DNA of 64,000 nucleotides from a virus. The stretch is taken from IMG/VR virus record IMGVR_UViG_3300045988_183727; one strand, given 5' to 3'. Under the pieces are notes generated by a model. That model saw nothing but the letters and a program-made list of their open reading frames with translations. It ran no database searches and had not been told where the DNA came from. The position numbers and the translations under genes are program-made. Shown one piece after another: positions 8,891 through 18,149 of this stretch; within the stretch, counting starts at the first letter, position 1; every line of letters starts with the position of its first letter.

Positions 8891-11206
8891 TTGGGAGCTT
8901 TTAATGCCTGCTGTGAAAGGTCGTGTTTCCACATTAAACTAATACTGGCTGAAAAGAAACAGCTTGGCGATTTGATTGCCCAAGCTATTCCCGGTACAGC
9001 ACATTATGACCGTGGTGCAACCGTGAAAGGTGAATATGTAATCGTCTGTTCGCAAGGACATCTTCTTTCTCTGAAGGAGCCTGAGGACTATGATGTCGCG
9101 TTTGGAAAATGGGAGTTGTCTGCCTTGCCGATTTATTTTCCGAACTGGCAAACAAAGGTGAAAGAGTATAACGGGAGAGGCGTGAATCCCAACGAGCGCG
9201 TTTCGCGCATTGGGGAGCTTTTGAAGCAGTGTTCCTGTGTAATCCACGCAGGAGACCCTGATGAAGAGGGGCAGCTTCTTATTGACGAGCTGCTTCGCTG
9301 GCACGGTTATCGTGGACCCGTTTACCGTTTGGCGACGGGCGACACCTCTATCCCTGCGCTGCAGCGTGCGCTCAATAACCTCAAGGACAACCGTCTCTTT
9401 GAGAACATGGGGTGGTCTGCTTACGCACGGAGCGTTGCCGACCTTATGGTTGGTGTGAATATGAGCCGATATTATTCGCTGGTCAACAATGCTTCGCTGA
9501 CAGTTGGACGTGTGCAGTCTCCTACTCTTGGGCTTGTGGTCGAGCGTGATATGCTTATCGAAAACCACGTAAAAACTAAATACTATGAGGTCTCAGCGAA
9601 GACTTCTATTGAGGGTAAGGTCGTTGAGACGAAGTACAGGCCGAAGAAAGATGACCCGCATCTGACTGATGGGCTTATCTTGGATAGACCTTACGCGGAG
9701 AGCAAGTCTGTGATGATTTCCGGAAAACAGTTCTCAGGGGCTGCCGTTACAAAAAAGATTTCCAAAGAACAACCGCCTTTGCCGTTTGATATGCTGGAAT
9801 TGCAGGGCTACTGTTTGAAGAGTTTCGGCTACAAGCTGGACGACACCATGGAAATCACGCAGTCTTTACGCGATAACTACAACGCCATTACATATAACCG
9901 TACTCAGGTGCGATATCTCCCCGAAAACTACTTTGCGGAAGCTCCTGCCACCTCCCGTACTGTTATCGCAAACATAAACACGGTAGGAAAGGGAAATTTC
10001 AACCCTATTCTTGGTATGGACTTCAAGACGAAGGGGCGGTGCTTCGACGATTCTAAAATTGAAGCGCATTTTGGTATCATTCCTCAAAATGTGAGTCTCG
10101 ACCTCAACAAGATGACGGAGCGGGAACGAAACGTATATCTTGCCATTTGTAAGTATTATCTTATCCAGTTCTTTCCGCCCGCTGAGAAGGAAACAACAAA
10201 GCTGGTTGTCCCGCTGCCGGACGGCGCCACTTTAGAGGCGTCCAGCACTGGTGTGCTGAAACCCGGTTATCTCGTGATGATGCGCGAAGGTGTAGATACG
10301 CCCACAGCGTTGAGTATGATACCCGCCGGCAGTTACGGTGCTTTTGTTTCCGACGCTCAGGTCTTAGAGAAGGAAACAAATCCCCCTCCTCGTTACACAC
10401 AGTACACACTGGCGAAGGATATGAGCCGTATTGCCAAGTATGTTACCGACCCATTCATCAAGAGCACTCTGCTGAAGAAAGATGCCGACGTGGAAGAGAA
10501 TAACGGGGCTATCGGCACCAGCGCAACACGGGACCAGATAATCTCCGGTCTCATTTCAAGAGGGTTCTTGCAGGAAAAGGGGAAGTCCCTTATTTCCACT
10601 CCACTTGGACGCGAGTTGTATCGCATTCTCCCCGATTCCCTTCGTGGACCGGACCTCACCGCCTTGTGGTGGGTCATTCAAGAGGAGATACATGAGGGGA
10701 AGGCGACGCCGGAGAAGCTGGAACAAAACGTTCTGGCTATGCTCAAAGATTTCCTGCAGCAACCGCATCCTAAAGTGGACCCCAACATTGTCCCGACAAG
10801 GAAGGGATTCACGCCGATAGGAGTCTGTCCTCGCTGTGGTGGGAACATCATAGAGGGGAAAATGGGCTTTGGTTGTTCCAACTGGAAGAGTGGATGTAAG
10901 TTTACCATCTGGAAAAAGCCAAAACCGACTCTGTTCCAGCACATCACATTCACAGAGAAGGATGTCAAAAACTTTCTCGCTGGAAAGCCTGTCCATAAGA
11001 CGAAGCTGACCAAGAAGGACGGCGGTACATTTGCGGCAGACCTTGTGATGGATGACAGTCAGCGCAGTGATTGGGGCCCGAACTTTACGCTTCAGTTCAA
11101 CAGCACCAAACCCGCAGGAGCCTCCTCGCGCTCTGGTGGTGGTCGTTCCGGTAGTCGCAGTACGTCGCGTGGTTCTTCGCGGAGTCGGCGCTCTGGACGT
11201 CGGTGA
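8891..11206 (+). CDS. topB: DNA topoisomerase III (type IA)
   Basis: N-terminal KLILAEK motif, TOPRIM motif DPDEEGQ, GRVQSPTL motif, C-terminal zinc ribbon CPRCGG...C..C, and an Arg/Ser-rich tail. The start is uncertain: TTG at 8891 in the ORF track, and there is no in-frame ATG before the conserved N-terminus. Confidence 0.85.
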   Translation: MGAFNACCERSCFHIKLILAEKKQLGDLIAQAIPGTAHYDRGATVKGEYVIVCSQGHLLSLKEPEDYDVAFGKWELSALPIYFPNWQTKVKEYNGRGVNPNERVSRIGELLKQCSCVIHAGDPDEEGQLLIDELLRWHGYRGPVYRLATGDTSIPALQRALNNLKDNRLFENMGWSAYARSVADLMVGVNMSRYYSLVNNASLTVGRVQSPTLGLVVERDMLIENHVKTKYYEVSAKTSIEGKVVETKYRPKKDDPHLTDGLILDRPYAESKSVMISGKQFSGAAVTKKISKEQPPLPFDMLELQGYCLKSFGYKLDDTMEITQSLRDNYNAITYNRTQVRYLPENYFAEAPATSRTVIANINTVGKGNFNPILGMDFKTKGRCFDDSKIEAHFGIIPQNVSLDLNKMTERERNVYLAICKYYLIQFFPPAEKETTKLVVPLPDGATLEASSTGVLKPGYLVMMREGVDTPTALSMIPAGSYGAFVSDAQVLEKETNPPPRYTQYTLAKDMSRIAKYVTDPFIKSTLLKKDADVEENNGAIGTSATRDQIISGLISRGFLQEKGKSLISTPLGRELYRILPDSLRGPDLTALWWVIQEEIHEGKATPEKLEQNVLAMLKDFLQQPHPKVDPNIVPTRKGFTPIGVCPRCGGNIIEGKMGFGCSNWKSGCKFTIWKKPKPTLFQHITFTEKDVKNFLAGKPVHKTKLTKKDGGTFAADLVMDDSQRSDWGPNFTLQFNSTKPAGASSRSGGGRSGSRSTSRGSSRSRRSGRR

Positions 11207-11384
11207 TGGTGCATCATAGTTGACATTTTAACATAGTCTATGGTATAGTACAAGTGTTCTATTTAACAAAGATGTACCAGAACATTTGTTCAAGATGCTT
11301 GTTATTTACCTGTGATTTCCGAGATAAATAACAAGAATCTTGTTATTGTGCTATACCCCGTTCAAAACATTAGGAGGTGAACCA

Positions 11385-11933
11385 TTGGACGGGCGAACCC
11401 ATACTTTTGCCGGATACACGGCAGGATTACTTCTTGTGCAGGCACAAATCTTCGGAGCATTTGGACTTCCGGCGCCGGACGGCATTCTTCCGTGTGTCGG
11501 AATGGTTGGACTGTCCATGGCGGGCTCCCTCGCGCCTGACATAGACCTTCCGCGTAGCAGAGCAGGACGACGCAATAGACCCGTGTCCGCTGCCGTAAAC
11601 GCTCTTTTTGGGCATAGGGGGATTACCCATGCGCCCTTCATTTGGGCGGCGCTGTACGCGGCTTTGAAGCTGCTTTTGGGTGCTGAATGGTTGACCTATA
11701 TCCTTGCGTTTGTTATTGGTGGAGCAACTCATATTTTGCTCGACCTTTTCAATAAAGCCGGCGTTCCTTTGCTTTGGCCGATATCCCATCGCTTCTGGAT
11801 ATTCGGTATAAGGACGGACAGTGCTGCTGGTCACGCATTTTCTTTTGTCTTGGCGTGTGTCGCAGTTCTTTGTACCATCAATTTTTTCTACGAAGCCGGC
11901 GACTACTTAAAGGAGGCGATTTGGTTTGTTTGA
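11385..11933 (+). CDS. YdjM-family membrane-bound metal-dependent hydrolase
   Basis: TTG start 7 nt after aggagg. The N-terminal MDGRTHTFAGY matches the YdjM N-terminus, and the protein has multiple TM helices and His motifs. Confidence 0.65.
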   Translation: MDGRTHTFAGYTAGLLLVQAQIFGAFGLPAPDGILPCVGMVGLSMAGSLAPDIDLPRSRAGRRNRPVSAAVNALFGHRGITHAPFIWAALYAALKLLLGAEWLTYILAFVIGGATHILLDLFNKAGVPLLWPISHRFWIFGIRTDSAAGHAFSFVLACVAVLCTINFFYEAGDYLKEAIWFV

Positions 11934-11976
11934 CGCTACAACAACAAAGTCTGAAAACGCACAATGGGGTGAGCGC

Positions 11977-12636
11977 ATGGCGACATATATTGCGCTGATG
12001 CGGTGGAACGGCTACTCTGTGCAGGAAATTGCTGATACCTTTGGCATTTCCCGGCAGCAGGTGTATCTGCATCTGCAGAAGATTCCTTTTCCTAATGATA
12101 AGGCCAAAAGGTATCCTCGTCCCGCACTGAATGAAGAGCAGGTGAGGGCTGTGGTCGGTTTTTTTGTCGCGAATAAGGACGCGCCCATATCCGCTGCTTC
12201 AGAGACAACGGGCATTCCTGTTGCGGATGTTGTGATGCTTTGCAACAATATCCGTGGCGCTCATTCGTGGTATTTCAGCGAGGGTTATCCTCTCATTGCG
12301 GATTATCTGAACAGGGAGGGAGTTACGCTTGATTATCTGGAACAGATGGCTGGCGTTCAGGGACTCGCACAGTATATTTTTTCCACATACCCCTACAAGG
12401 AGATGCCGAAGGCTCGTGCTGCTGCGGTAGCCGCAGTAATTGACGTTCCCGCAGACAAGCTGATGGAGGTGGCTGTTGCGTCCGGAAATATGGCCACAGG
12501 TGTGGCAACATCGGATGAAATGGCATTGGTCATCGGCTCAGTAACCGGACGCGAAGCGAACTCGCGGCTCTTTTTCCGTGGACGCCGTATCAAACCTTCT
12601 TTCTCTGCAACTGGAGGTGGTTCTTGTGGTGAATAA
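11977..12636 (+). CDS. HTH-domain protein (sigma-70 region-4-like / DNA-binding)
   Basis: ATG at 11977 after ggggtgag. MATYIALMRWNGYSVQEIADTFGISRQQVYLHLQK is a helix-turn-helix motif. Confidence 0.5.
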   Translation: MATYIALMRWNGYSVQEIADTFGISRQQVYLHLQKIPFPNDKAKRYPRPALNEEQVRAVVGFFVANKDAPISAASETTGIPVADVVMLCNNIRGAHSWYFSEGYPLIADYLNREGVTLDYLEQMAGVQGLAQYIFSTYPYKEMPKARAAAVAAVIDVPADKLMEVAVASGNMATGVATSDEMALVIGSVTGREANSRLFFRGRRIKPSFSATGGGSCGE

Positions 12637-12709
12637 ATCTGGACCTGACCTCCAGAGCGATATCGTCGTCGATACTCGCGATTATCCTGAAGCTCTGCAG
12701 CGCCTCACG

Positions 12710-13159
12710 ATGAAGGGCATCTTGATGGCCGGTGCCATTGTGGTTATCCTCATTGCAACGCTTTGCCTGCAGAAGTCCGAATTGAAGGCAATGCTTCCCT
12801 TTGCCGGCGTTATCCTCTTGCTGGCAGGATATGTTGTCTATTCTGCCCTACACTTGCGAACAGAATGGCAGAATGGGGACATCGTGTGTCATATTGCTTT
12901 GTGCCGCTCTGTGCGGTCTCGGTCATGGCCACGGGACAGCAAAGAGGTGGTTTTTGTAACAGGGGAAGACGAAGGTCAAGAGGCCCATGTGTTTAATCTT
13001 CCTGACCGCAAGAACAAAGACCTGTATCCCGGCTTTAAGTACACCATCTATGTTCGTGCAAGAGATAATACGCATCTCTTGGCCTACAAAGAAATCTATG
13101 TGCCTTCCGATGCGAAGGACACCGAAGAAGTCAAGTCGGAGCTTTCTTCAGAAAAGTGA
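12710..13159 (+). CDS. hypothetical membrane protein
   Basis: Internal ATG (MKGILMAG...) with 2 TM helices. The start is ambiguous; the ORF-track frame begins at 12578. Confidence 0.4.
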   Translation: MKGILMAGAIVVILIATLCLQKSELKAMLPFAGVILLLAGYVVYSALHLRTEWQNGDIVCHIALCRSVRSRSWPRDSKEVVFVTGEDEGQEAHVFNLPDRKNKDLYPGFKYTIYVRARDNTHLLAYKEIYVPSDAKDTEEVKSELSSEK

Positions 13160-13226
13160 AAAAAGCCGGCCTACGGGCCGGTTTTTTTGCGTTAAGAAGA
13201 GGCCTTGCCTTGTGGCAAGACCTCTT
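13160..13226. terminator. bidirectional terminator pair
   Basis: aaaaagccggcc tacg ggccggttttttt, then aagaggccttgcc ttgt ggcaagacctctt. Confidence 0.55.
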
Positions 13227-13240
13227 TCGTGTTGTGAAAG

Positions 13241-13687
13241 TTAATTGAAAAAGAAGGGCCTTCCGATTTCTGCATCCTCCTGAGGTTCAGACTCTTCCGG
13301 AGTAAAGCCGTTTTCCGGCGTATTGGCCTCGTTCACAAGGCCATCATCGCTGTCCTCGTCTTCCGTGGCTTCCGCTGCAACAGGGGATACACCCCAGTTG
13401 AGAATAGCCTCATCCTCCTCGGACAGTGCAATACGCTGCCTTTCAGCGGTATCGCGGATTTTCTTGACCATTTTTTCGCGGAAGTTTTTCATGGCGGACT
13501 GGATGCGTGTCGCGGCCTGTTCATCTACAACGATAGCAGGCTTTTTACGGCTTTTTGCCGATACCGTAAAGGCGTTATCCTTTGCAGCGATATCTAACAT
13601 CGTATTGATGTCTGCGACTGCTTTCAGTCCGTCTGAGACCTGCTGGAGTGCCTGCTGCTGCTTGGAATCACTGATAATTGCGGGCAT
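13241..13687 (-). CDS. hypothetical acidic protein
   Basis: ORF track; convergent with the upstream plus-strand gene. Confidence 0.5.
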   Translation of the reverse strand: MPAIISDSKQQQALQQVSDGLKAVADINTMLDIAAKDNAFTVSAKSRKKPAIVVDEQAATRIQSAMKNFREKMVKKIRDTAERQRIALSEEDEAILNWGVSPVAAEATEDEDSDDGLVNEANTPENGFTPEESEPQEDAEIGRPFFFN

Positions 13688-13711
13688 GATTTATCTCTCC
13701 TTTTCTTTTTT

Positions 13712-14398
13712 TTAGTTAGCGGGTGAGGTATCTGTCTCAGTATCGGCGCCTTCAATGACCGCGCTCATATCTGCGAGGTAGTAAACATCCGCTGCCTTGT
13801 CGTAGTTGATGTGTGCGATAAAGCTGCCAAGGTCTTCGCCCGTAGCCTTATCACATACGCGGATTGTCAGCGTTTCATTGCCGTTATATCCATCCACAAG
13901 AATGGAGTCCTGCCACGCAACACCGAATTTGTTTACATCGCGGTAGGTCGCGTCAATTCCCAGCACATCGTCATACCAAGTAAAGGCTGCAATACTGTTG
14001 GTATCCATTGTGTAAAAATCTTGCCGCTTGACCGTTGCGTATTCTTCCGGCATAAAGTATAGGGGATATGTCGTACGCTCACACTTGATATAGAACGCCG
14101 CACCGTTGGGGTCGTTGCAGGTGGGGTTCAAGTAGATGGCGTTGACGCCGGCATCCTTATCGCCCATACCCAGCGTGACCTCATAGCCGGATTCCAGCGT
14201 ACAGCTCAACTTGATGTCGTTGCGGTACTTGCCATCCCCGATATATCCTTGGGAGTCCTCTTCACCGTCGGGGATGGGTTCGGGATTTTCGAGGTTGTAC
14301 TGAGGTTCGCCGGTGTCCTCATCTTTATCTTTCTTTCCACATCCCACAATGGTCAGAGCCATAAGCACGGCCAGAGTCAATGCGATGAACTTCTTCAT
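13712..14398 (-). CDS. lipoprotein (signal peptide with lipobox)
   Basis: N-terminal MKKFIALTLAVLMALTIVGCGKK has a lipobox, IVGC. Confidence 0.65.
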   Translation of the reverse strand: MKKFIALTLAVLMALTIVGCGKKDKDEDTGEPQYNLENPEPIPDGEEDSQGYIGDGKYRNDIKLSCTLESGYEVTLGMGDKDAGVNAIYLNPTCNDPNGAAFYIKCERTTYPLYFMPEEYATVKRQDFYTMDTNSIAAFTWYDDVLGIDATYRDVNKFGVAWQDSILVDGYNGNETLTIRVCDKATGEDLGSFIAHINYDKAADVYYLADMSAVIEGADTETDTSPAN

Positions 14399-14421
14399 AC
14401 GGGATTCCTCCTTACTGATTT

Positions 14422-15915
14422 TTACTGTACGGGGCTTGCGTTCTGAGGTGTGGTATCGCCGCAGAGCACACGGTCTACAAATTGGCAGATGTTGAGCTGT
14501 GCGGCGCGTTCGGGAGTGTTGGCTTCCAGCTCCTCCAGCAGCTCCACGGTCGTAACCGTACCGCTTGTAAGTGTTGCATCTGCACCAGTGACCATGGTCG
14601 CGTCATACACGGTTGCAGCCTTTTCTGTCATGCGGAATCTTACGATGGAGGGAACCATTTTTGCGATGCTAACATGGTTCTTCACATACTGTGTCAACTC
14701 GCCCTGCGGGATTGCTCCCAGCTTGGCATAGACATCAAACAGCAGCGTTCCGTCGGCGTTCAGGAGGTCGCTTACCACCGCATTCAGCTTAATGGTTTCA
14801 TGCCTCCGGTTATGCTCGTCCTTATCGCTGATGGTGTACTCGATAGTGGGGTCATCCGCATAGAGTTCCTCGCGCAACGCGGGGTTGTTGTCGTCCACTG
14901 TGCGATTGATGGTAATGACAGCCTCGCGTCCAAACATGAGGAAGCTGGTATCCGTTTCCCACAGATAATCTCGCACATCTTCCTCATCAGCGGCCAGCCA
15001 AGGGTTGACGGCAACTGATGTTCCTCCTGTGCTGTTTACACTAAACTGGTCGATGCGGAGAATTTGACCGGCGCCGATATATTCAGTCGCGTATTTCCCC
15101 ACCACAGTGGATACCATGTCCACATTACACAGCTTGGAGCCAATGGCCACAGCGCAGTTGTAGACGTCGGCGGGAATGGTTGCTACGGCAAGATTATCCT
15201 TAGAGAACTGCGTTCCCGGCAGTATATCGTCTGTGACCTGAATCACCTGTACGCTATCTCCATGAACGTAGGACGTGGAAACTGTCGTTCCATCAGAACG
15301 CTGGAGCGTCGTGGGGTACTGAAACCCGATAGGTGCAGAGCGGTTGGCCAGCGTGGTGTAGACGCAGAAGACAACAGCGGCACCGGCAATGATAGCTGCA
15401 GCAGGATAAACGACCTTTTTCAGAAACCGCTTCCCTTTACTTACAGGGACCATGCTCGTTCCTGCCGCATCACTTGCGGATACGTTCTTTTCCGCCGGTT
15501 TGCGCTTCTGCTGCTTTTTCTGCTCCTTTTCCCGCAGCCTCTCGGCCTTCAGCCGTTCTTCCTCCTGCCGCTTGAGCTCGCGCCAGTCGGGGGTTTCTGC
15601 CGTGCCTGAGCTGGGCGTGTCGGTGCTGTGAGTGGGGGATTCCGTGCTCCGAGAGGCTTCCTTTTTCTCAGGTGCGGAAGGGGGCGCGTCATCGCCGCCG
15701 TTTGCAGCGGGAACAACGATAGTCGTCTGCTTCTTTGCGCTACCAACGCGGCCAGTCAGCTCTCCGTCCTCCCTGCACTCGTAGAAGCGACTATTGGCGT
15801 CATCGAAATATCCGGTACAGATATTCCCAGCACCCAGCTTAAACTGGCGCTTAGGCAGCTTTTTGATTTGTGCGACTTCCTCAGCAGTGAAAGTCCATGT
15901 GTTATCTCTCGCCAT
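14422..15915 (-). CDS. hypothetical membrane-anchored protein (497 aa)
   Basis: ORF track; charged region then a TM helix (AAIIAGAAVVFCVY). Confidence 0.55.
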   Translation of the reverse strand: MARDNTWTFTAEEVAQIKKLPKRQFKLGAGNICTGYFDDANSRFYECREDGELTGRVGSAKKQTTIVVPAANGGDDAPPSAPEKKEASRSTESPTHSTDTPSSGTAETPDWRELKRQEEERLKAERLREKEQKKQQKRKPAEKNVSASDAAGTSMVPVSKGKRFLKKVVYPAAAIIAGAAVVFCVYTTLANRSAPIGFQYPTTLQRSDGTTVSTSYVHGDSVQVIQVTDDILPGTQFSKDNLAVATIPADVYNCAVAIGSKLCNVDMVSTVVGKYATEYIGAGQILRIDQFSVNSTGGTSVAVNPWLAADEEDVRDYLWETDTSFLMFGREAVITINRTVDDNNPALREELYADDPTIEYTISDKDEHNRRHETIKLNAVVSDLLNADGTLLFDVYAKLGAIPQGELTQYVKNHVSIAKMVPSIVRFRMTEKAATVYDATMVTGADATLTSGTVTTVELLEELEANTPERAAQLNICQFVDRVLCGDTTPQNASPVQ

Positions 15916-15937
15916 AGGGCATCATCTTCCTTTCTGT

Positions 15938-16393
15938 TTAGCCCTCAAATCCCAATGCTTTCATCACCGCTATTGCAGCGATAATTGGGATAATATACAT
16001 AAGAAGTTTTGATGGGCTTGAACTTACATCAGCCTCCGAAAAAACTCTGCCGTTATCGTGGTAAAGAGTGATTTTCAAAGGTGGCATACTATTTGAGGTT
16101 ACAACCTTTTTTGTGTGCAATCCATTAAGCTCATATTCGTATGTGGCTACATAATTTCTTGCACCAGAGCTTTTTTCATAATAACGACATTTTACCTGTG
16201 TTGCAGAAAGCATATGCCCGCTTTCTTTTGCCTTCGCTATTTTTTTCTCGCCGCTCGAAAAAATGATTCCCTTTTTGTATAAAACGATTTCAATAGCAAA
16301 AACAACGATAGCAGTAAAAACTCCTATCCAGACAGCAGGGTCATACGCCAGCAACTGTTCCCACGCTTCTTTGAGTCCAATTTGATTGTTCAT
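15938..16393 (-). CDS. hypothetical small membrane protein
   Basis: ORF track; TM helix. Confidence 0.45.
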   Translation of the reverse strand: MNNQIGLKEAWEQLLAYDPAVWIGVFTAIVVFAIEIVLYKKGIIFSSGEKKIAKAKESGHMLSATQVKCRYYEKSSGARNYVATYEYELNGLHTKKVVTSNSMPPLKITLYHDNGRVFSEADVSSSPSKLLMYIIPIIAAIAVMKALGFEG

Positions 16394-16411
16394 ACAACTC
16401 TCCCAATTCTA

Positions 16412-16843
16412 TCAACCTACAGTCTCATCAGCCTTGGCTGAAACAGGTTTTTTTAAGAATGGGTTCGGTCCGGGAAATTCGCCCTTGTACTCTGTGGCGT
16501 CAAAAGCCAGAATTGCAAGGACGATGAGCTGGAAGAAAATCATCCAAATAAAAAGTTTAGGGGTGTGGTAGCTGGTGCGACCTTGATATTCGACGCCAAG
16601 CATAGGTATGAACTTCACCCATATGATAATCCACATGATGAGGTTTACACCCGGTATGAGCATCAGCCATATATAGCGAAGGTTCCCAAAAACGGAATAG
16701 AATAGGCAAATGATGTTATACACGGGGATAAGCCCCGCCCAAATGGGATACTTGGCCTTTTTAAGAATAAAGGCAAGAAGTATGCAGGTGGCAACGGTTC
16801 GGCCTACAATCCAAAGCAGGCGAAGAGTTTCATAGTGATTCAT
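16412..16843 (-). CDS. hypothetical membrane protein (4 TM)
   Basis: ORF track; strongly hydrophobic. Confidence 0.5.
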   Translation of the reverse strand: MNHYETLRLLWIVGRTVATCILLAFILKKAKYPIWAGLIPVYNIICLFYSVFGNLRYIWLMLIPGVNLIMWIIIWVKFIPMLGVEYQGRTSYHTPKLFIWMIFFQLIVLAILAFDATEYKGEFPGPNPFLKKPVSAKADETVG

Positions 16844-16898
16844 AGTTTTGTCCTTTCAGTGTGGAGGCGTAGTTGATAGCCTCAGTGGGTTTAGTAGG

Positions 16899-17132
16899 TT
16901 AAATGATGCTCGTGAGCCAACCGAGAACAGTGTAGAAGATGTTCGGTACGAGGAAATAGAGTCCGGCCAGAACAGCCAGAATGGTCAATACAACAGACAG
17001 TCCCTTTTTCACTACTTTCCGCGCCGCATACAGTGCGGCAATGAGAATCAGCAGACTCGCGATTTGTGCGGGGGTAAGGGTCAATACCCAAACTTTGATA
17101 CGTTCAAAAATATTGACAAGTTTTTCAAGCAT
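16899..17132 (-). CDS. small membrane protein (77 aa)
   Basis: Internal ATG (MLEKLVNIF...) 7 nt after ggagg on the minus strand; 2 TM helices. Confidence 0.4.
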   Translation of the reverse strand: MLEKLVNIFERIKVWVLTLTPAQIASLLILIAALYAARKVVKKGLSVVLTILAVLAGLYFLVPNIFYTVLGWLTSII

Positions 17133-17259
17133 AAAATACCTCCGTTGGCAGGTTCCCGCCACAGCCACATTCCCTAAAGACCGTGGCGGGACTTGCTTTT
17201 CTACATTTTCTATATTACCATATTCGAACATAATGTCAAGCGAAAAGCACCATGTAGAC

Positions 17260-17288
17260 TTGACATTATTTTATATTCGTGTTATAGT
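17260..17288 (+). promoter_or_regulatory. sigma-A-type promoter of the conserved family
   Basis: cttgacattattttatattcgtgttatagt: TTGACA, 17-nt spacer, TATAGT. Confidence 0.45.
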
Positions 17289-17330
17289 CGAATTACGATA
17301 GAAACATAAAAGACTCGAAAGGAAAGCGTT

Positions 17331-18122
17331 ATGGTAAAGAATAATAACAAGAAAAACAACGGCACGAATGCCTTGCGAGGGCTCCTCGCTTTCCTTGTTG
17401 CCCTTGCTGTGTTTCTCGGAGTAGAGCTCATTCCGCAGCTCACAGAGAACCTTGGCCCCGACAACCATCCGTCGTATACAGAAGCGTCTGACGTCTACGA
17501 GGAGAGTTATAAGAGCTGGTTTTCGTTAGATGACATTGTTCCGTTTGAAGGGGAGCCATATGTCGTTGTAAACGGTAATGTTCCTTTCTTTACAGAAGTT
17601 GATATGACCACAGAGCCGTTCGAATTGTTTTCCGAGTTGGATGACCTTGGACGCTGCGGGACTGCCTACGCAAATGTGTGCCAAGAGCTGATGCCTACGG
17701 AAGAACGAGGGTCTATCGGTTCCGTGAAGCCGTCAGGCTGGCACCTGAACAAATACGACTGCGTGGATGGCAAGTACCTCTACAATCGTTGTCATCTGCT
17801 GGGCTATCAGCTTACAGGCGAGAACGCCAATGTCAAGAACCTCATCACCGGAACTCGCTACCTCAATGTAACTGGTATGCTGCCGTTTGAGAACGAGATT
17901 GCTGATTATGTTCACGAGACAAACAACCACGTTCTGTATCGTGTGACTCCCGTTTTTGAAGGCGACAACCTTGTAGCGAACGGTGTCTTGATGGAAGCCC
18001 TTTCTGTGGAAGATGATACCATTGAGTTCTGTGTGTTTTGCTATAATGTGCAGCCCGGTGTCAAGATTGATTACGGCACCGGCCTCAACTGGGCGGACGC
18101 GGAATACTCCGCTGAAAACTAA
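17331..18122 (+). CDS. membrane-anchored DNA/RNA non-specific endonuclease family protein
   Basis: N-terminal TM helix, then a NRCHLLGYQLTGENANVKNLITG block that resembles the EndA/NucA DRGH region. Confidence 0.6.
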   Translation: MVKNNNKKNNGTNALRGLLAFLVALAVFLGVELIPQLTENLGPDNHPSYTEASDVYEESYKSWFSLDDIVPFEGEPYVVVNGNVPFFTEVDMTTEPFELFSELDDLGRCGTAYANVCQELMPTEERGSIGSVKPSGWHLNKYDCVDGKYLYNRCHLLGYQLTGENANVKNLITGTRYLNVTGMLPFENEIADYVHETNNHVLYRVTPVFEGDNLVANGVLMEALSVEDDTIEFCVFCYNVQPGVKIDYGTGLNWADAEYSAEN

Positions 18123-18149
18123 ATTAGAAAGAATAAAGGAGAAAGAACT

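Noticed and set aside
8904-8942. 12-codon ORF with a perfect GGGAG RBS just upstream of topB
   Set aside because: It is too short, has no conservation evidence, and probably just reflects ambiguity about the topB start. It is noted in the topB finding only.
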